In this document: one piece after another, positions 18,415 through 28,028 of the stretch | Layout of the letters: the number at the start of each line of letters is the position of its first letter | How positions within the stretch are numbered: position 1 is the first letter of the stretch | Assembly: GCF_025354435.1 (NCBI RefSeq) | Contig: NZ_JANXMU010000024.1 | Location: 2,949 to 66,948 of the forward strand | Length of the DNA stretch: 64,000 bases | Source: Rhodoferax sp. | GTDB taxonomy: Bacteria; Pseudomonadota; Gammaproteobacteria; Burkholderiales; Burkholderiaceae_C | Direction: 5' to 3' | Program-made: the position numbers and the translations under genes | Notes under the pieces: model-generated | Told to the model about the DNA's origin: nothing | What the model saw: the letters and a program-made list of their open reading frames with translations, nothing else | Databases searched by the model: none

Positions 18415-19143
18415 GTGAACACAATGCAAATCCCTCCTGTCGAACGTACCGTGAACTGGCCGCCCGCTGCGGCTGGCACGCGTTCTGGCGTAGGGTCTAC
18501 GGCGACCCAGGGGCCAGATACACAGCCTGTAACCGCAGCCATCCAGGAAGAAACCACCAAGCTGGAGGCGGCTGCGACACCCACGCCGTCGGTCAAGCTC
18601 ATCATTTCGACCACCCAAGAAGAAGTGGCCAAGCTGGAGGCCGCAGAGCAGGCCCGTACGGCTGTGCGGGCCGTGCCCAAGGGCGAGGCGGCGCAAGCCC
18701 AGGCGGTCAAAGCCGTGGGGGGCGTCGAGCCCAGCACACCGACGGCGGTAACCCAGGCCGTTAGCCAGAAGGTGGCGGCCACCGAAACGGGCGCCAAAGC
18801 TGGTAACGGCCTGCAAAACGAATCGCCTGAGACCGCAGCCAAAGCCGCCAAGCTGCTGGAAGCCGGTAAAGAACCTGGTCCGAACCAGCCGCTGAGCACC
18901 GAAAAAGACCCGTCCACCGACTGGACCACCACGCCTAAGGCGGTGGAAAAGAAGCCCGAGAATCCACCCCCTGAGCCGATCTCCAAGAAGCTGTTGGACT
19001 TTTTGCAGTTGCTGTGGCGGGCTGGTGGCAATGCCATCGATGTGGCGCATACCGCCAACCAGACCCTCAACCCCGACAAGTTGGCCGAGGGGCCGCTGAC
19101 CTACGAAGACCCGTCTGCCGTCAAGAAAACGACGGGGGTTTAA
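18415..19143 (+). CDS. Hypothetical low-complexity (Ala/Thr/Pro/Lys/Glu-rich) protein
   Basis: 242 aa from GTG 18415 (an ATG follows at 18424). An internal duplicated motif reads QEETTKLEAAA / QEEVAKLEAAE. The more ordered C-terminal segment is ISKKLLDFLQLLWRAGGNAIDVAH. A strong terminator follows. I recognise no family. Confidence 0.55.
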   Translation: MNTMQIPPVERTVNWPPAAAGTRSGVGSTATQGPDTQPVTAAIQEETTKLEAAATPTPSVKLIISTTQEEVAKLEAAEQARTAVRAVPKGEAAQAQAVKAVGGVEPSTPTAVTQAVSQKVAATETGAKAGNGLQNESPETAAKAAKLLEAGKEPGPNQPLSTEKDPSTDWTTTPKAVEKKPENPPPEPISKKLLDFLQLLWRAGGNAIDVAHTANQTLNPDKLAEGPLTYEDPSAVKKTTGV

Positions 19144-19146
19144 TCC

Positions 19147-19175
19147 AAAAAGCCGCTCCCAGAGCGGCTTTTTTT
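19147..19175. terminator. Bidirectional Rho-independent terminator
   Basis: aaaaAGCCGCTCccaGAGCGGCTttttttt has an 8-bp GC-rich stem flanked by an A-run and a T-run. It lies between convergent genes. Confidence 0.85.
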
Positions 19176-20937
19176 ATAGGGCGGTTTGCGCGATCTGGTA
19201 GCGCGCAACGGCCCCTGCGGGTTGCGGCTCCAGCGTCCAGCGCTGGTTGTGGAAGGCTGCTACACCCGGGCGGTGTGCTATTGAAATAATAGCGCCTTGT
19301 GCAGATTCTACCTGGGCTAGAAGCCGTTTATATATCAAATTCTCGGCCACGGCATCCAGCGCGCTGGTGGCTTCGTCGGCAAAAATCCAGCGCGGCTTTT
19401 TCAGCAGCACCCGGGCGATCGCCAGCCGCTGCTGCTCGCCACCCGATAGTTTTTGGCCCCAGGCGGCTTCCTGGTCCAACTGGTCGGCCAGGTCGGGCAG
19501 CAGTGCGTCTACCAGGGCCTGGCGCAGGGCCTCGTCGGTGTAGCCGCTGGCGGCGGTGGGGTAGGCCAGGGCGCTGCGCAAGGTGCCGTCGGGGAAATAG
19601 GGGCGCTGGGGGATAAACATCGCGTCGGCTGGCAGGGCAATCTGCCCGCTGCTGAACGGCCAGATGGCGGCAAACGCGCGGAACAGCGTGGATTTTCCGC
19701 TGCCCGAAGGTCCGCTGAGCAAAATGTGGTCGCCAGGGCGGGCTTGCAGGTTGACACCGTTCAGTAGCACGCTGCCGTCCGGCAGGCGCAGCGTCAGGTT
19801 GCGGGCTTCCAGGGTGCTGCCTGCTACTGAATTAGTAGCTGCTTGCGAAGACTGCACCAGCGCTAGAGCCTGAATTTGTTCTTCAAACGAGGTCAGCCGG
19901 TCGGTGGTGGCGCGCCAGGTCGCCAGGCTGCTGTAGTTGTCGACAAACCAGCTCAGCGAGTCTTGCACCCGGCCAAACGCCGATGAGATCTGCATCAGCG
20001 TGCCCAATTGGATGGCACCGCTGAAAAACCGCGGTGCGGCCACGATGAACGGAAACACCACCGCTGCCTGGCCAAAGAAGCTGTTAAACCAGATCAGGCG
20101 CTTTTGGGCCTTCAGCAACTTCAGGTAGTTGACCAGCACGGCCCCAAAGCGCATGTTCAGGTGGGCGCGTTCGACCTTTTCGCCGTGGTCCAGTGCAATC
20201 GATTCGCTGTATTCGCGCACCCGCACCATGTGGTGCCGAAAATCGGCCTCGACGCGCTGCTGCTGGAAGTTCAGTTTGATCTGCGGACGGCCAATGTAGA
20301 AGGTGATGATGCTGCCCGCCAGGCAGTACAGCAGGGCCATCCAGACCATGAAGCCGGGCACAAAGTATTCGCTGCCGCCGAAGTGGAACGAAAAGTCGCC
20401 CGACAGTTTCCACAAAATCCCGACAAAGCTCACCAGGGTGACCACCGAATTCAGCACGCCCATGCACAGGCCAATGGTCAGGCCGGTGAACTGGTTCAGG
20501 TCTTCCTGGATACGCTGGTCGGGGTTGTCGGGCCCGGCCTCCGGGTTGGCCTTGGCGAAGCGGGCCAGCTCCATTTTGTAGAAGGCCTGGTTGGACAGCC
20601 AGCGCACCAGGTAGTGCGTGGTCATCCAGGCGCGCCAGCGCATTTCCAGCAGCTGGGTCAGGTAAAACTTGTACACCGCCAGCACGATCAGGGCAAAGGC
20701 GATGTAAGTAAAGCGCCCCAGCTGCTGCCAGAACACCGCCGAGTCCTTGTTTTGCAGCGCGTCGTAGAACACCTGGTTCCAGTTGTTCAGCAGCACCAGC
20801 AGGTAGACCCCCAACAGGTTCAGCGCCACGATGGAGGCCAGCAGGGCGCGGGCTTTCCATTTTTCTTCGGACTGGAAATACGGGATCGACAGCTTCCAGA
20901 CTTGGGCGGTCTGGGCTTTCAGGTTGGCGAGGCGCAT
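19174..20937 (-). CDS. ABC transporter, fused permease/ATPase of the YddA / SbmA-BacA-like (ABC_membrane_2) type
   Basis: 587 aa. ..WNQVFYDALQNKD..RIQEDLNQFT.. is the family membrane domain. Walker A is GPSGSGKST, signature is LSGGEQQR, and Walker B is IFADEATSALD. Confidence 0.85.
   Translation of the reverse strand: MRLANLKAQTAQVWKLSIPYFQSEEKWKARALLASIVALNLLGVYLLVLLNNWNQVFYDALQNKDSAVFWQQLGRFTYIAFALIVLAVYKFYLTQLLEMRWRAWMTTHYLVRWLSNQAFYKMELARFAKANPEAGPDNPDQRIQEDLNQFTGLTIGLCMGVLNSVVTLVSFVGILWKLSGDFSFHFGGSEYFVPGFMVWMALLYCLAGSIITFYIGRPQIKLNFQQQRVEADFRHHMVRVREYSESIALDHGEKVERAHLNMRFGAVLVNYLKLLKAQKRLIWFNSFFGQAAVVFPFIVAAPRFFSGAIQLGTLMQISSAFGRVQDSLSWFVDNYSSLATWRATTDRLTSFEEQIQALALVQSSQAATNSVAGSTLEARNLTLRLPDGSVLLNGVNLQARPGDHILLSGPSGSGKSTLFRAFAAIWPFSSGQIALPADAMFIPQRPYFPDGTLRSALAYPTAASGYTDEALRQALVDALLPDLADQLDQEAAWGQKLSGGEQQRLAIARVLLKKPRWIFADEATSALDAVAENLIYKRLLAQVESAQGAIISIAHRPGVAAFHNQRWTLEPQPAGAVARYQIAQTAL
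19277..19342 (-). repeat. AT-rich repeat family copy inside the ABC ATPase coding sequence
   Basis: gctattgaaataatagcgccttgtgcagattctacctgggctagaagccgtttatatatcaaattc matches 56827..56888 at 37 of 54 ungapped positions (hand count). It encodes ENLIYKRLLAQVESAQGAIISIA between the D-loop and the H-loop. Confidence 0.7.
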
Positions 20938-20985
20938 GGGGTCTTTATGGTGGAGAAGCAGGCGGATGGACCTGCACGCAGCGAT

Positions 20986-21888
20986 TTAGTTCGCTGGATT
21001 GGAAACGCCGCTGCTCACGTGCCCGGCTGGCACGTGGCGGGCGGCGGAGTTGACGTGGCCGGTCTGGTCGTCGAAGAAGAAGTCGGGTTCGAATTCGCGC
21101 AGAAACTCGCCCTTGGGCAGGCCGCCGAGGAACATGGCCTCATCCACCGCGATGTGCCAGTCCATCAGCGTCAGGATGGCGCGCTCGTGCGCCGGGGCGC
21201 TGCGGGCGGTGACCAGGGCGGTGCGGATGCGCATGTGCGGGTTGTTGGCCTGTTGTAGCCGGTTCAGTGCCACCAGCAGCGGTTTGAACGGGCCGTCCGG
21301 CAGGGGCATGGTGGCTTTGTCGGTTTCATGACGCTGGAAGGCATCCAGCCCCTGGCTTTGGTAGACCCGCTCGGCCTCGTCGCTGAACAGCACGGCATCG
21401 CCGTCGAAGGCAATGCGCACTTCATCGGGGTAGTTGTGGCCCGCCTGGGTTGATTCGGTCAGCACCCGCGCCGCCGGAAAGCCCGCTGCCAGCGCATCGC
21501 GCACATCCTTCTCGTTGGCCGATAAAAACAGGTGCGCGCCCAGTGCGCGCAGGTAGCCGTAAGGCGATCGACCTTGGGTGAACACGCCCCGCTCCAGGTG
21601 CAGGCCCCCCGCCTTGCTGGAGCGGAAAATACGCATACCGCTGACCGGGTCATTGCGCGACAGAATCACCACTTCGACCCGCTTGATGCCGTCGTCGTTG
21701 AAGGCCAGCAGCTTCTTGACCAATGAAAACGCCACGCCCGGCTGCGCAGGCAGGTCCAGCCGGTCAAACTGCAGCTGCATGTAGGCCTTGTCGTCGCCCG
21801 CGTCGAAGAGGCGGTTTTCTTCTTCGAGGTTGAACAGGGCGCGCGAGGAAATCGCCACCACCAGTTTGTCGTCGAGGGAGATTGGCAT
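20986..21888 (-). CDS. 5'-nucleotidase (cN-IA-like bacterial family)
   Basis: 300 aa. MPISLDDKLVVAISSRALFNLEEENRLF..AYMQLQ..VVILSRNDP.. It starts 2 nt after the gspF stop. Confidence 0.7.
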   Translation of the reverse strand: MPISLDDKLVVAISSRALFNLEEENRLFDAGDDKAYMQLQFDRLDLPAQPGVAFSLVKKLLAFNDDGIKRVEVVILSRNDPVSGMRIFRSSKAGGLHLERGVFTQGRSPYGYLRALGAHLFLSANEKDVRDALAAGFPAARVLTESTQAGHNYPDEVRIAFDGDAVLFSDEAERVYQSQGLDAFQRHETDKATMPLPDGPFKPLLVALNRLQQANNPHMRIRTALVTARSAPAHERAILTLMDWHIAVDEAMFLGGLPKGEFLREFEPDFFFDDQTGHVNSAARHVPAGHVSSGVSNPAN

Positions 21889-21890
21889 GC

Positions 21891-23117
21891 TTACTTCGCG
21901 AATTGGTTCAATTGAATAATCGGCATCAGTACGGCCAACACGATCAGCATGACCACCAAGCCCATCGCCACGATCAAGAGCGGCTCCAGAATGGTTGCCA
22001 GGGCCATGGCGCGGCGTTGCACTTCGGTGCTGAGTTGCACGGCGGCGCGCTGCAGCATTACCGGCAACTGGCCGGTTTGCTCGCCCAACCGGGCAAACAT
22101 GGCCAGCAGGCCGGGGAAGCGCTTCTTTTGCGCCAGTGCCGAGGCCAGCGGCGCGCCTTCGCGTACCAGCACCAGGGCGTCCAGCGCGTCGGCGCGCATG
22201 GCGGTGTTGTTCAGGGTTTCGGCCGCCGCCTGCAGGGCTTTCAAAATCGGTACGCCCGCCGAGGCCAGCATCGCCAGCGTGCCGGAAAACCGGGCCGCGT
22301 TGTAGCCCCGGGCCAGCGGGCCCAGCAGCGGCAGCTTCAGGAATGCGGCATCAATTTTTTGGCGAAACAAGGTGTTGGCGTAGGCAGTGCGTGCACTGAT
22401 GGCTATCACAATAATAGCAATCAGCATGGCCCAGCCGTAGTTGCGCACCACGCCGCTGATGGCCAGCATGGCCACCGTCAAGAACGGCAGGGCGCGCTTG
22501 CTCCCGGCAAACACATTCGCCACCTGCGGCACCACATAGCCCACCAGAAACAGCACGATGGCAATCGCCACCAGTGTGACGATGGCAGGGTACAGAGCCG
22601 CGCCGATCAGCTTGGACTGCAACGCCTGGCGTTCTTCCAGGTCGTCGGCCAGGCGTTCCAGCACCAGGCCCAGGCTACCGCTTTGCTCGCCCGCGCCGAT
22701 CACCGCCACAAAAATGGGCGAGAACTCGCGCGGATGCTGGCCCAGCGCCTTGGCAAAGCTTGCGCCCGCATTCACCTCGGCGCGCAGCGAGGCCAGCAGG
22801 TTGCGTTGGCGCTCGTCTTCGGCCTCGTCGGTCAGGGCGGTGAGGGCCCGCTCCAGCGGCAGGCCCGACGACACCAGCCCAGCCACTTGTCGGGTCCAGA
22901 TGGCCAGGCCGGTGGAATTGAAAACGCGGCTTTCAAACAAGTTGGTGCGCAGGCCCTTGCCGCTTTGGCTGCCGCTAGCGTTCACCGGCTCCACTGCCAG
23001 CGGTACCAGCGCCTGCGCGCGCAGCAGGCCGCGCGCGGCCTTGGCCGTATCGGCCTCCATCACGCCTTTGCGGGTTTGGCCTTGGCTGTCGAGGGCTTCG
23101 AAGGAATAGGCGGGCAT
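21891..23117 (-). CDS. gspF: Type II secretion system inner-membrane platform protein GspF
   Basis: 408 aa. MPAYSFEALDSQGQTRKGVMEADTAKAARGLLRAQALVPL.., with two GspF repeats. Confidence 0.95.
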   Translation of the reverse strand: MPAYSFEALDSQGQTRKGVMEADTAKAARGLLRAQALVPLAVEPVNASGSQSGKGLRTNLFESRVFNSTGLAIWTRQVAGLVSSGLPLERALTALTDEAEDERQRNLLASLRAEVNAGASFAKALGQHPREFSPIFVAVIGAGEQSGSLGLVLERLADDLEERQALQSKLIGAALYPAIVTLVAIAIVLFLVGYVVPQVANVFAGSKRALPFLTVAMLAISGVVRNYGWAMLIAIIVIAISARTAYANTLFRQKIDAAFLKLPLLGPLARGYNAARFSGTLAMLASAGVPILKALQAAAETLNNTAMRADALDALVLVREGAPLASALAQKKRFPGLLAMFARLGEQTGQLPVMLQRAAVQLSTEVQRRAMALATILEPLLIVAMGLVVMLIVLAVLMPIIQLNQFAK

Positions 23118-23122
23118 GGGGT

Positions 23123-24511
23123 TCAGTCTCGCGTCACACGCAGCAGCTCTTCACGCGAGGTGACCCCGGCCTGCACCAGGCGTTCGCCGTCTTCGCGCAT
23201 CAGGGCCATGCCGGCGGTGCGGGCGGCGGCGCGGATGTCGGCCTCCGAGGCGCGGTTGTGGATTTGCGCCTGGATGGCATCGTTGGTGACCAGTAGCTCG
23301 AAGATGCCGGTGCGGCCTTGGTAGCCGGTCTGGTTGCATTTTTCGCAGTTTTTACCCAGGCAGACCGGGCACAGCTTGCGCACCAGGCGCTGGGCCAGCA
23401 CGCCGAGCAGAGTGGAGCTGAGCAAAAACGGCTCCACGCCCATGTCGATGAGCCGGTTTACCGCGCTGGCGGCATCGTTGGTGTGCAGGGTGGCCAGCAC
23501 CAAATGGCCGGTGAGCGAGGCCTGGATGGCGATCTGGGCAGTTTCGAAGTCGCGGATTTCGCCGATCATGATCACGTCCGGGTCTTGGCGCAGGATGGCG
23601 CGCAAGGCCTTGGCGAAGGTCAGGTCGATCTTGGCATTGACCTGGGTTTGGCCCACGCCGGGCAGCTCGTATTCGATCGGGTCTTCCACCGTCATGATGT
23701 TGCTGGTGCTGGCATCCAGGCGGCTCAGGGCGGCGTACAGGGTGGTGGTTTTGCCGGAGCCGGTAGGGCCGGTGACCAGAATGATGCCGTGCGGCTGGGC
23801 GATCAGCTGCTGCAGTTGGTCGAGTACATCGCCCTGCATGCCCACCGATTCCAGCGTCAGCTTGGCGCCGCTCTTGTCCAGCAGGCGCAGCACGGCACGC
23901 TCGCCATGGGCGCTGGGCAAGGTGCTGACGCGCACGTCTACGGCCCGGGTGCCGATGCGCAAGGAGATGCGGCCGTCCTGCGGCAGGCGTTTCTCAGAAA
24001 TATCCAGGTCGGCCATGATCTTCAGACGCGAAATCAGGGCGGCGTGCAGGGCGCGATTCGGTTGCACCACTTCGCGCAGCGTGCCGTCCACCCGAAAGCG
24101 CACGCTGGAATGGCGCTCGTAGGGTTCGATGTGGATGTCGCTGGCCCCGTCGCGTGCAGCCTGGGTCAGCAGGGCGTTGAGCATGCGGATGATAGGCGCG
24201 TCGTCGCTCATTTCCAGCAAATCTTCGACCGCGGGCAGCTCCTGCATCATGCGCGACAGGTCCGCATCGCTTTCCACTTCGCTGACCACCGACGCGGCGC
24301 TGGATTCGCCCTGGGCGTAGGCGGCGCTGATGCGTTGTAGCAGGGCATCCAGGGCCAGAGTTTCGATCTGGCGTACGGGGTACTTGCGCATCACCTCGCT
24401 CAGGGCCGATGGGGCGCTGGCCGGGTGCAGCCACAGGGTGAAGTCGCCCAGGTTGTCCTCCAGCAGCATTTGCTGGGTGCGGGCGAAGGCGTAGGGCAGG
24501 GGGTGGCGCAT
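23123..24511 (-). CDS. gspE: Type II secretion system ATPase GspE
   Basis: 462 aa. Walker A is [12 protein letters not shown]. The tetracysteine motif is CPVC..CEKC. Confidence 0.95.
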   Translation of the reverse strand: MRHPLPYAFARTQQMLLEDNLGDFTLWLHPASAPSALSEVMRKYPVRQIETLALDALLQRISAAYAQGESSAASVVSEVESDADLSRMMQELPAVEDLLEMSDDAPIIRMLNALLTQAARDGASDIHIEPYERHSSVRFRVDGTLREVVQPNRALHAALISRLKIMADLDISEKRLPQDGRISLRIGTRAVDVRVSTLPSAHGERAVLRLLDKSGAKLTLESVGMQGDVLDQLQQLIAQPHGIILVTGPTGSGKTTTLYAALSRLDASTSNIMTVEDPIEYELPGVGQTQVNAKIDLTFAKALRAILRQDPDVIMIGEIRDFETAQIAIQASLTGHLVLATLHTNDAASAVNRLIDMGVEPFLLSSTLLGVLAQRLVRKLCPVCLGKNCEKCNQTGYQGRTGIFELLVTNDAIQAQIHNRASEADIRAAARTAGMALMREDGERLVQAGVTSREELLRVTRD

Positions 24512-24524
24512 GGTCAGGGCGGAA

Positions 24525-26714
24525 TCAAGGGGCCGATGCCGTGGGCAGTGTGGTCAGCGGTCTGGGCACATTGGCTTTGCGCTCGGTGGTGGTGGGTAGC
24601 TCGGGCAGCTCGTTGGCCGAGGGCACGGCGGACAGCATGGGGTGCTGGGCGGGCTTCATGCCCTGCTGCTGCACCCGCATCATGTCGTAGCGGTCCGATG
24701 CCAGCGTGTCACTGGTATCTGCGTCACGGACCACGATGGGGCGCAAAAATACCATCAGGTTGGTCTTGGTGCGGCTGCGGCTTTCGCTTCTGAAGAAATT
24801 GCCCACATAGGGCAGGTCGCCCAGCAGCGGCACTTTTTCGACGTTGCCCGCGTAGGTGTCTTGCAGCAGACCGCCCAGCACCACGATGGAGCCGTCATCT
24901 ACCAGCACATTGGACTCGAAGGAGCGCTTGTTGGTGGTAGGGCCGTTGCTGTTGTTCTTGGTGGAGGCATCCACGTTGGAGATTTCCTGGTAGATGGACA
25001 TCTTTACCGTGCCGTTTTCGTTGATCTGCGGGCGCACACGCAGTGTCAGGCCCACGTCTTTGCGTTCGATGGTCTGGAACGGGTTGGCGGTGGTGGTAGA
25101 GCTGGTGCTGGTGTAGGTGCCGGTGACAAACGGCACGTTCTGGCCGACGACGATCTTGGCCTCTTCGTTGTCCAGGGTCAGCAGATTGGGGGTCGATAGC
25201 ACGTTGCCGGTGCCAGTTTGGTCCATCAGCCGGGCCAGCGCACCCAGTACATAGGTGCCACCGATCTTGGTGGCCACGCCCAGGTTCAGGCCGTTGCTGA
25301 GCACGGTGCTGGTGCTGCCGGTGGCAATGCTGGTGGCCAGGGTGGCCAGATTGCTGCTGCCGGTGCCAAAGTTGGTACCCAGACCGACCTTGCCCAGCAC
25401 GCCCTGCCACTGGATGCCGAACTCGGCGGCCTTGTCGCTGTTGACTTCGACGATCAGGCTTTCCACCAGCACCTGGGCGCGACGGCCATCGAGCTTGTCG
25501 ATGACGGCGCGCAGCTGGCGGTACTGGGGCTCGGGCGCGGTGATGATCAGCGAATTGGTTGAGGGGTCGGCCTGGATCTGGCCGCCGGTGGACGGCTGGT
25601 TGCTGGTGGTGCCGCTGAGGGCCGCAGTGCTGGCCGTACTGGTGGCGCTGCTGCTCGAAGACATGTTGCTGGTGGTCGGGCTCAGCCCGCTGCCGGAGCT
25701 GGAGGTGCTGCTACTGCCCGAACTACCCGAACTGCTCCGGGCCTCGCCGCTCATGGCGGCGCGCAAGGTGGTGGCCAGCTTGGTGGCATCGGCGTTCTTC
25801 AGGTACACCACATAGATGTTGCCCGCGTCGCCGTTGCTACCGCTCATGGTGGGCTGGTCCAGCTTGGCAATCAGCGACTTGACCAGCGACACCCGGGCCG
25901 GATTCGCGGCACGCAAGATCACGGCATTGCTGCGCGGCTCGGCCAGCATGGTGGTTTTGAACGAGCTGTCGGTCTGCCCGGGAGCGGCGGCGGCCCCGCT
26001 GCTGCTGCCAGATTCGACCAGCTTGGTCAGCAGCGGCACCAGGTCCCCGGCAATGGCGTATTTGAGCGGGATGATCTCTACGTCGGTGGCGTTGGACACG
26101 TCCATCGCCGAGATGATGCGGCCAATGCGGCGCAGGTTGTCGGCGTAGTCGGTGATGACCAACGAGTTGTTGCCGGGGTTCAGGTTGATGGTGTTGTTGG
26201 GGCTGATCAGCGGGCGCAGCACGGGCACCAGGTTGGCGGCGTTTTCGTAGTTCAACTTGAAGATCTGGGTGACGATCTGGCTGCCTACAGCGGCGTTGTT
26301 CTCACCCAGCGTGACCGGGCCGGGCTGCAGCTTGGCATCGGCCTCGGGCACGATTTTGTCCAGCCCGGCAGATTCCACCACGGTAAACCCTTGCAGCCGC
26401 AAGGCCGACAAAAACTGGCTGTAGGCCACGGCGGGCGACACCGCGTGGTCGGTGCTCAGGGTCATGGTGCCCTTGACGCGCGGGTCCACCACCACGTTGC
26501 GCCCAGTGATCACGGCCATGGTGCGGGCCACGGACTCGATCTCGGCGTTGGCGAAGTTCAGCGTCACCGGCTCGCCGCGCTTGGGGGCTGCCGCCGCGGC
26601 CGGGGCTTGGGCCTGGGCATTTATAGAAAAAATGGCTGTACCGCAGGTACATAGTGCGCAAGCAGCTATTGAAACAATAGCGCGCGAAAAATGCTGAGAG
26701 GAAGACTGTTGCAT
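24525..26714 (-). CDS. gspD: Type II secretion system secretin GspD
   Basis: 729 aa. N0-N3 domains are followed by a Ser-rich linker and the secretin core (..[35 protein letters not shown]). Confidence 0.95.
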   Translation of the reverse strand: MQQSSSQHFSRAIVSIAACALCTCGTAIFSINAQAQAPAAAAAPKRGEPVTLNFANAEIESVARTMAVITGRNVVVDPRVKGTMTLSTDHAVSPAVAYSQFLSALRLQGFTVVESAGLDKIVPEADAKLQPGPVTLGENNAAVGSQIVTQIFKLNYENAANLVPVLRPLISPNNTINLNPGNNSLVITDYADNLRRIGRIISAMDVSNATDVEIIPLKYAIAGDLVPLLTKLVESGSSSGAAAAPGQTDSSFKTTMLAEPRSNAVILRAANPARVSLVKSLIAKLDQPTMSGSNGDAGNIYVVYLKNADATKLATTLRAAMSGEARSSSGSSGSSSTSSSGSGLSPTTSNMSSSSSATSTASTAALSGTTSNQPSTGGQIQADPSTNSLIITAPEPQYRQLRAVIDKLDGRRAQVLVESLIVEVNSDKAAEFGIQWQGVLGKVGLGTNFGTGSSNLATLATSIATGSTSTVLSNGLNLGVATKIGGTYVLGALARLMDQTGTGNVLSTPNLLTLDNEEAKIVVGQNVPFVTGTYTSTSSTTTANPFQTIERKDVGLTLRVRPQINENGTVKMSIYQEISNVDASTKNNSNGPTTNKRSFESNVLVDDGSIVVLGGLLQDTYAGNVEKVPLLGDLPYVGNFFRSESRSRTKTNLMVFLRPIVVRDADTSDTLASDRYDMMRVQQQGMKPAQHPMLSAVPSANELPELPTTTERKANVPRPLTTLPTASAP
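26619..26682 (+). repeat. AT-rich repeat family copy encoding the GspD signal peptide
   Basis: atttatagaaaaaatggctgtaccgcaggtacatagtgcgcaagcagctattgaaacaatagcg. On the minus strand it reads [23 protein letters not shown]. Confidence 0.75.
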
Positions 26715-26718
26715 ACCG

Positions 26719-27522
26719 TTAGCCTACTTTGATGGTGGCGCGCGCGCCGTCGCGCCGCCCGATGATATTGAGAAGATTGGACAAGGCATCCACCCGGTCG
26801 GGTGCGGCGGTGGCCATGCCTTCAAAGTGCAGCCGTGCGCCCACCCACTGGCCGCTGCCGGTGAGCTGCAGGCTGCCGCCCAGGGTTTCGAGTTGGACGG
26901 TACTGGGGTTGCCGCCGGTCAGCGTCAGCCGGTAGCTGCCCATGGGTTTCAGGGTGGACAGGCGCGATGCCATGTCGATGGCTTCCAGCCGCGCTTGGCC
27001 CGCCAGCACCATGCGACCTGCGTTCCAGTCCAGCACCAGGGACTGGGTGCTCAGGGCCAGTGTGCCCTCGGGTTGCAGCGTATTCCAGGGCGCGCCCAGG
27101 CCCGCCAGAAGGGGCGCAGGCCAGTGCGATTGGCTGTCGGTCAGCGCCAGTTGCGCGCCGCCCCAGTGGGGCGTGGCGTGTACGTGCAGAGGCTGGGCCA
27201 TGCAGCAGTCGGCCTGGAGCGCGGTGTGCAGCCCGTTCCAGGCGGGGCGGATCTGCCAGCGCAGGCGCTCGGGCAGGGCGGTACTGCCGGTACTGCCTTC
27301 GCCCCCGGCCAACACCAGTTGGGCCGAGCCGTTCCACACCGTGCCGCGCGGGTCGGCCAGTTGCACCCGGTCCTGGCTGGCCTGGGCCACACCTGTGGCC
27401 AGCCAGCGCGCCGGGGCGCACAGCAGCACGGCCAGGGCCAGGCCCAGCAGGCCGCCCGCCCAGGCCCAGCGCCAGGGGGTAGTTGCCACGGTCATGGCGG
27501 ATTTGGTGGACGAGCGGCGCAT
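26719..27522 (-). CDS. gspN: Type II secretion system protein GspN
   Basis: 267 aa. It has an N-terminal TM helix (WAWAGGLLGLALAVLLCA) and sits between gspM and gspD. Confidence 0.8.
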   Translation of the reverse strand: MRRSSTKSAMTVATTPWRWAWAGGLLGLALAVLLCAPARWLATGVAQASQDRVQLADPRGTVWNGSAQLVLAGGEGSTGSTALPERLRWQIRPAWNGLHTALQADCCMAQPLHVHATPHWGGAQLALTDSQSHWPAPLLAGLGAPWNTLQPEGTLALSTQSLVLDWNAGRMVLAGQARLEAIDMASRLSTLKPMGSYRLTLTGGNPSTVQLETLGGSLQLTGSGQWVGARLHFEGMATAAPDRVDALSNLLNIIGRRDGARATIKVG

Positions 27523-28028
27523 CAGCGATTGCTGGGCAGGGTCAGCACCAGCGAGCCATCCCAGGTGGCGCTGGGTACGCCGCTGGTGGGGGCTGGGCCG
27601 CGCACCAGCCGGGCCTCGGTGGGCAGGGCGCGGGCATTGATGCGCACCTGGGCCAGCCAGTGGGCCAACGCGTCGGCCGGGGTGTTTTTCAGGCTGACGG
27701 TGACGCGTTCGCCGGTGACGTTGATCTGGCCGCTGCCGCCCAGTTCGGATTTGACGGCCAGCTCAACCGCCTTGAGGGCATCGTCAAAGCTGAGCTTGGG
27801 CTGGGCTTGCAGCGCCTGGGCTTCGGCCTGCAGGCTGCGCATGGTTTGCAGCTGCGCGTCCAGGCTGCGGTGCTGGGCATCGGCGGCACCCAGGGTGTGC
27901 AGGGCCGGGGCAATGGCCACCCACCACAGCAGGGCCACCACGACCAGGGTCAGCGCGGCCTGCACGCTGCGGCGCTCACGCGGGGCCAAAGTGTCCCAAT
28001 GCGGGCGAATCGATGCAGGCAGCTTCAT
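27522..28028 (-). CDS. gspM: Type II secretion system protein GspM
   Basis: Internal ATG 28028 gives MKLPASIRPHWDTLAPRERRSVQAALTLVVVALLWWVAIAP. It overlaps the gspL stop (ATGA). Confidence 0.85.
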   Translation of the reverse strand: MKLPASIRPHWDTLAPRERRSVQAALTLVVVALLWWVAIAPALHTLGAADAQHRSLDAQLQTMRSLQAEAQALQAQPKLSFDDALKAVELAVKSELGGSGQINVTGERVTVSLKNTPADALAHWLAQVRINARALPTEARLVRGPAPTSGVPSATWDGSLVLTLPSNR

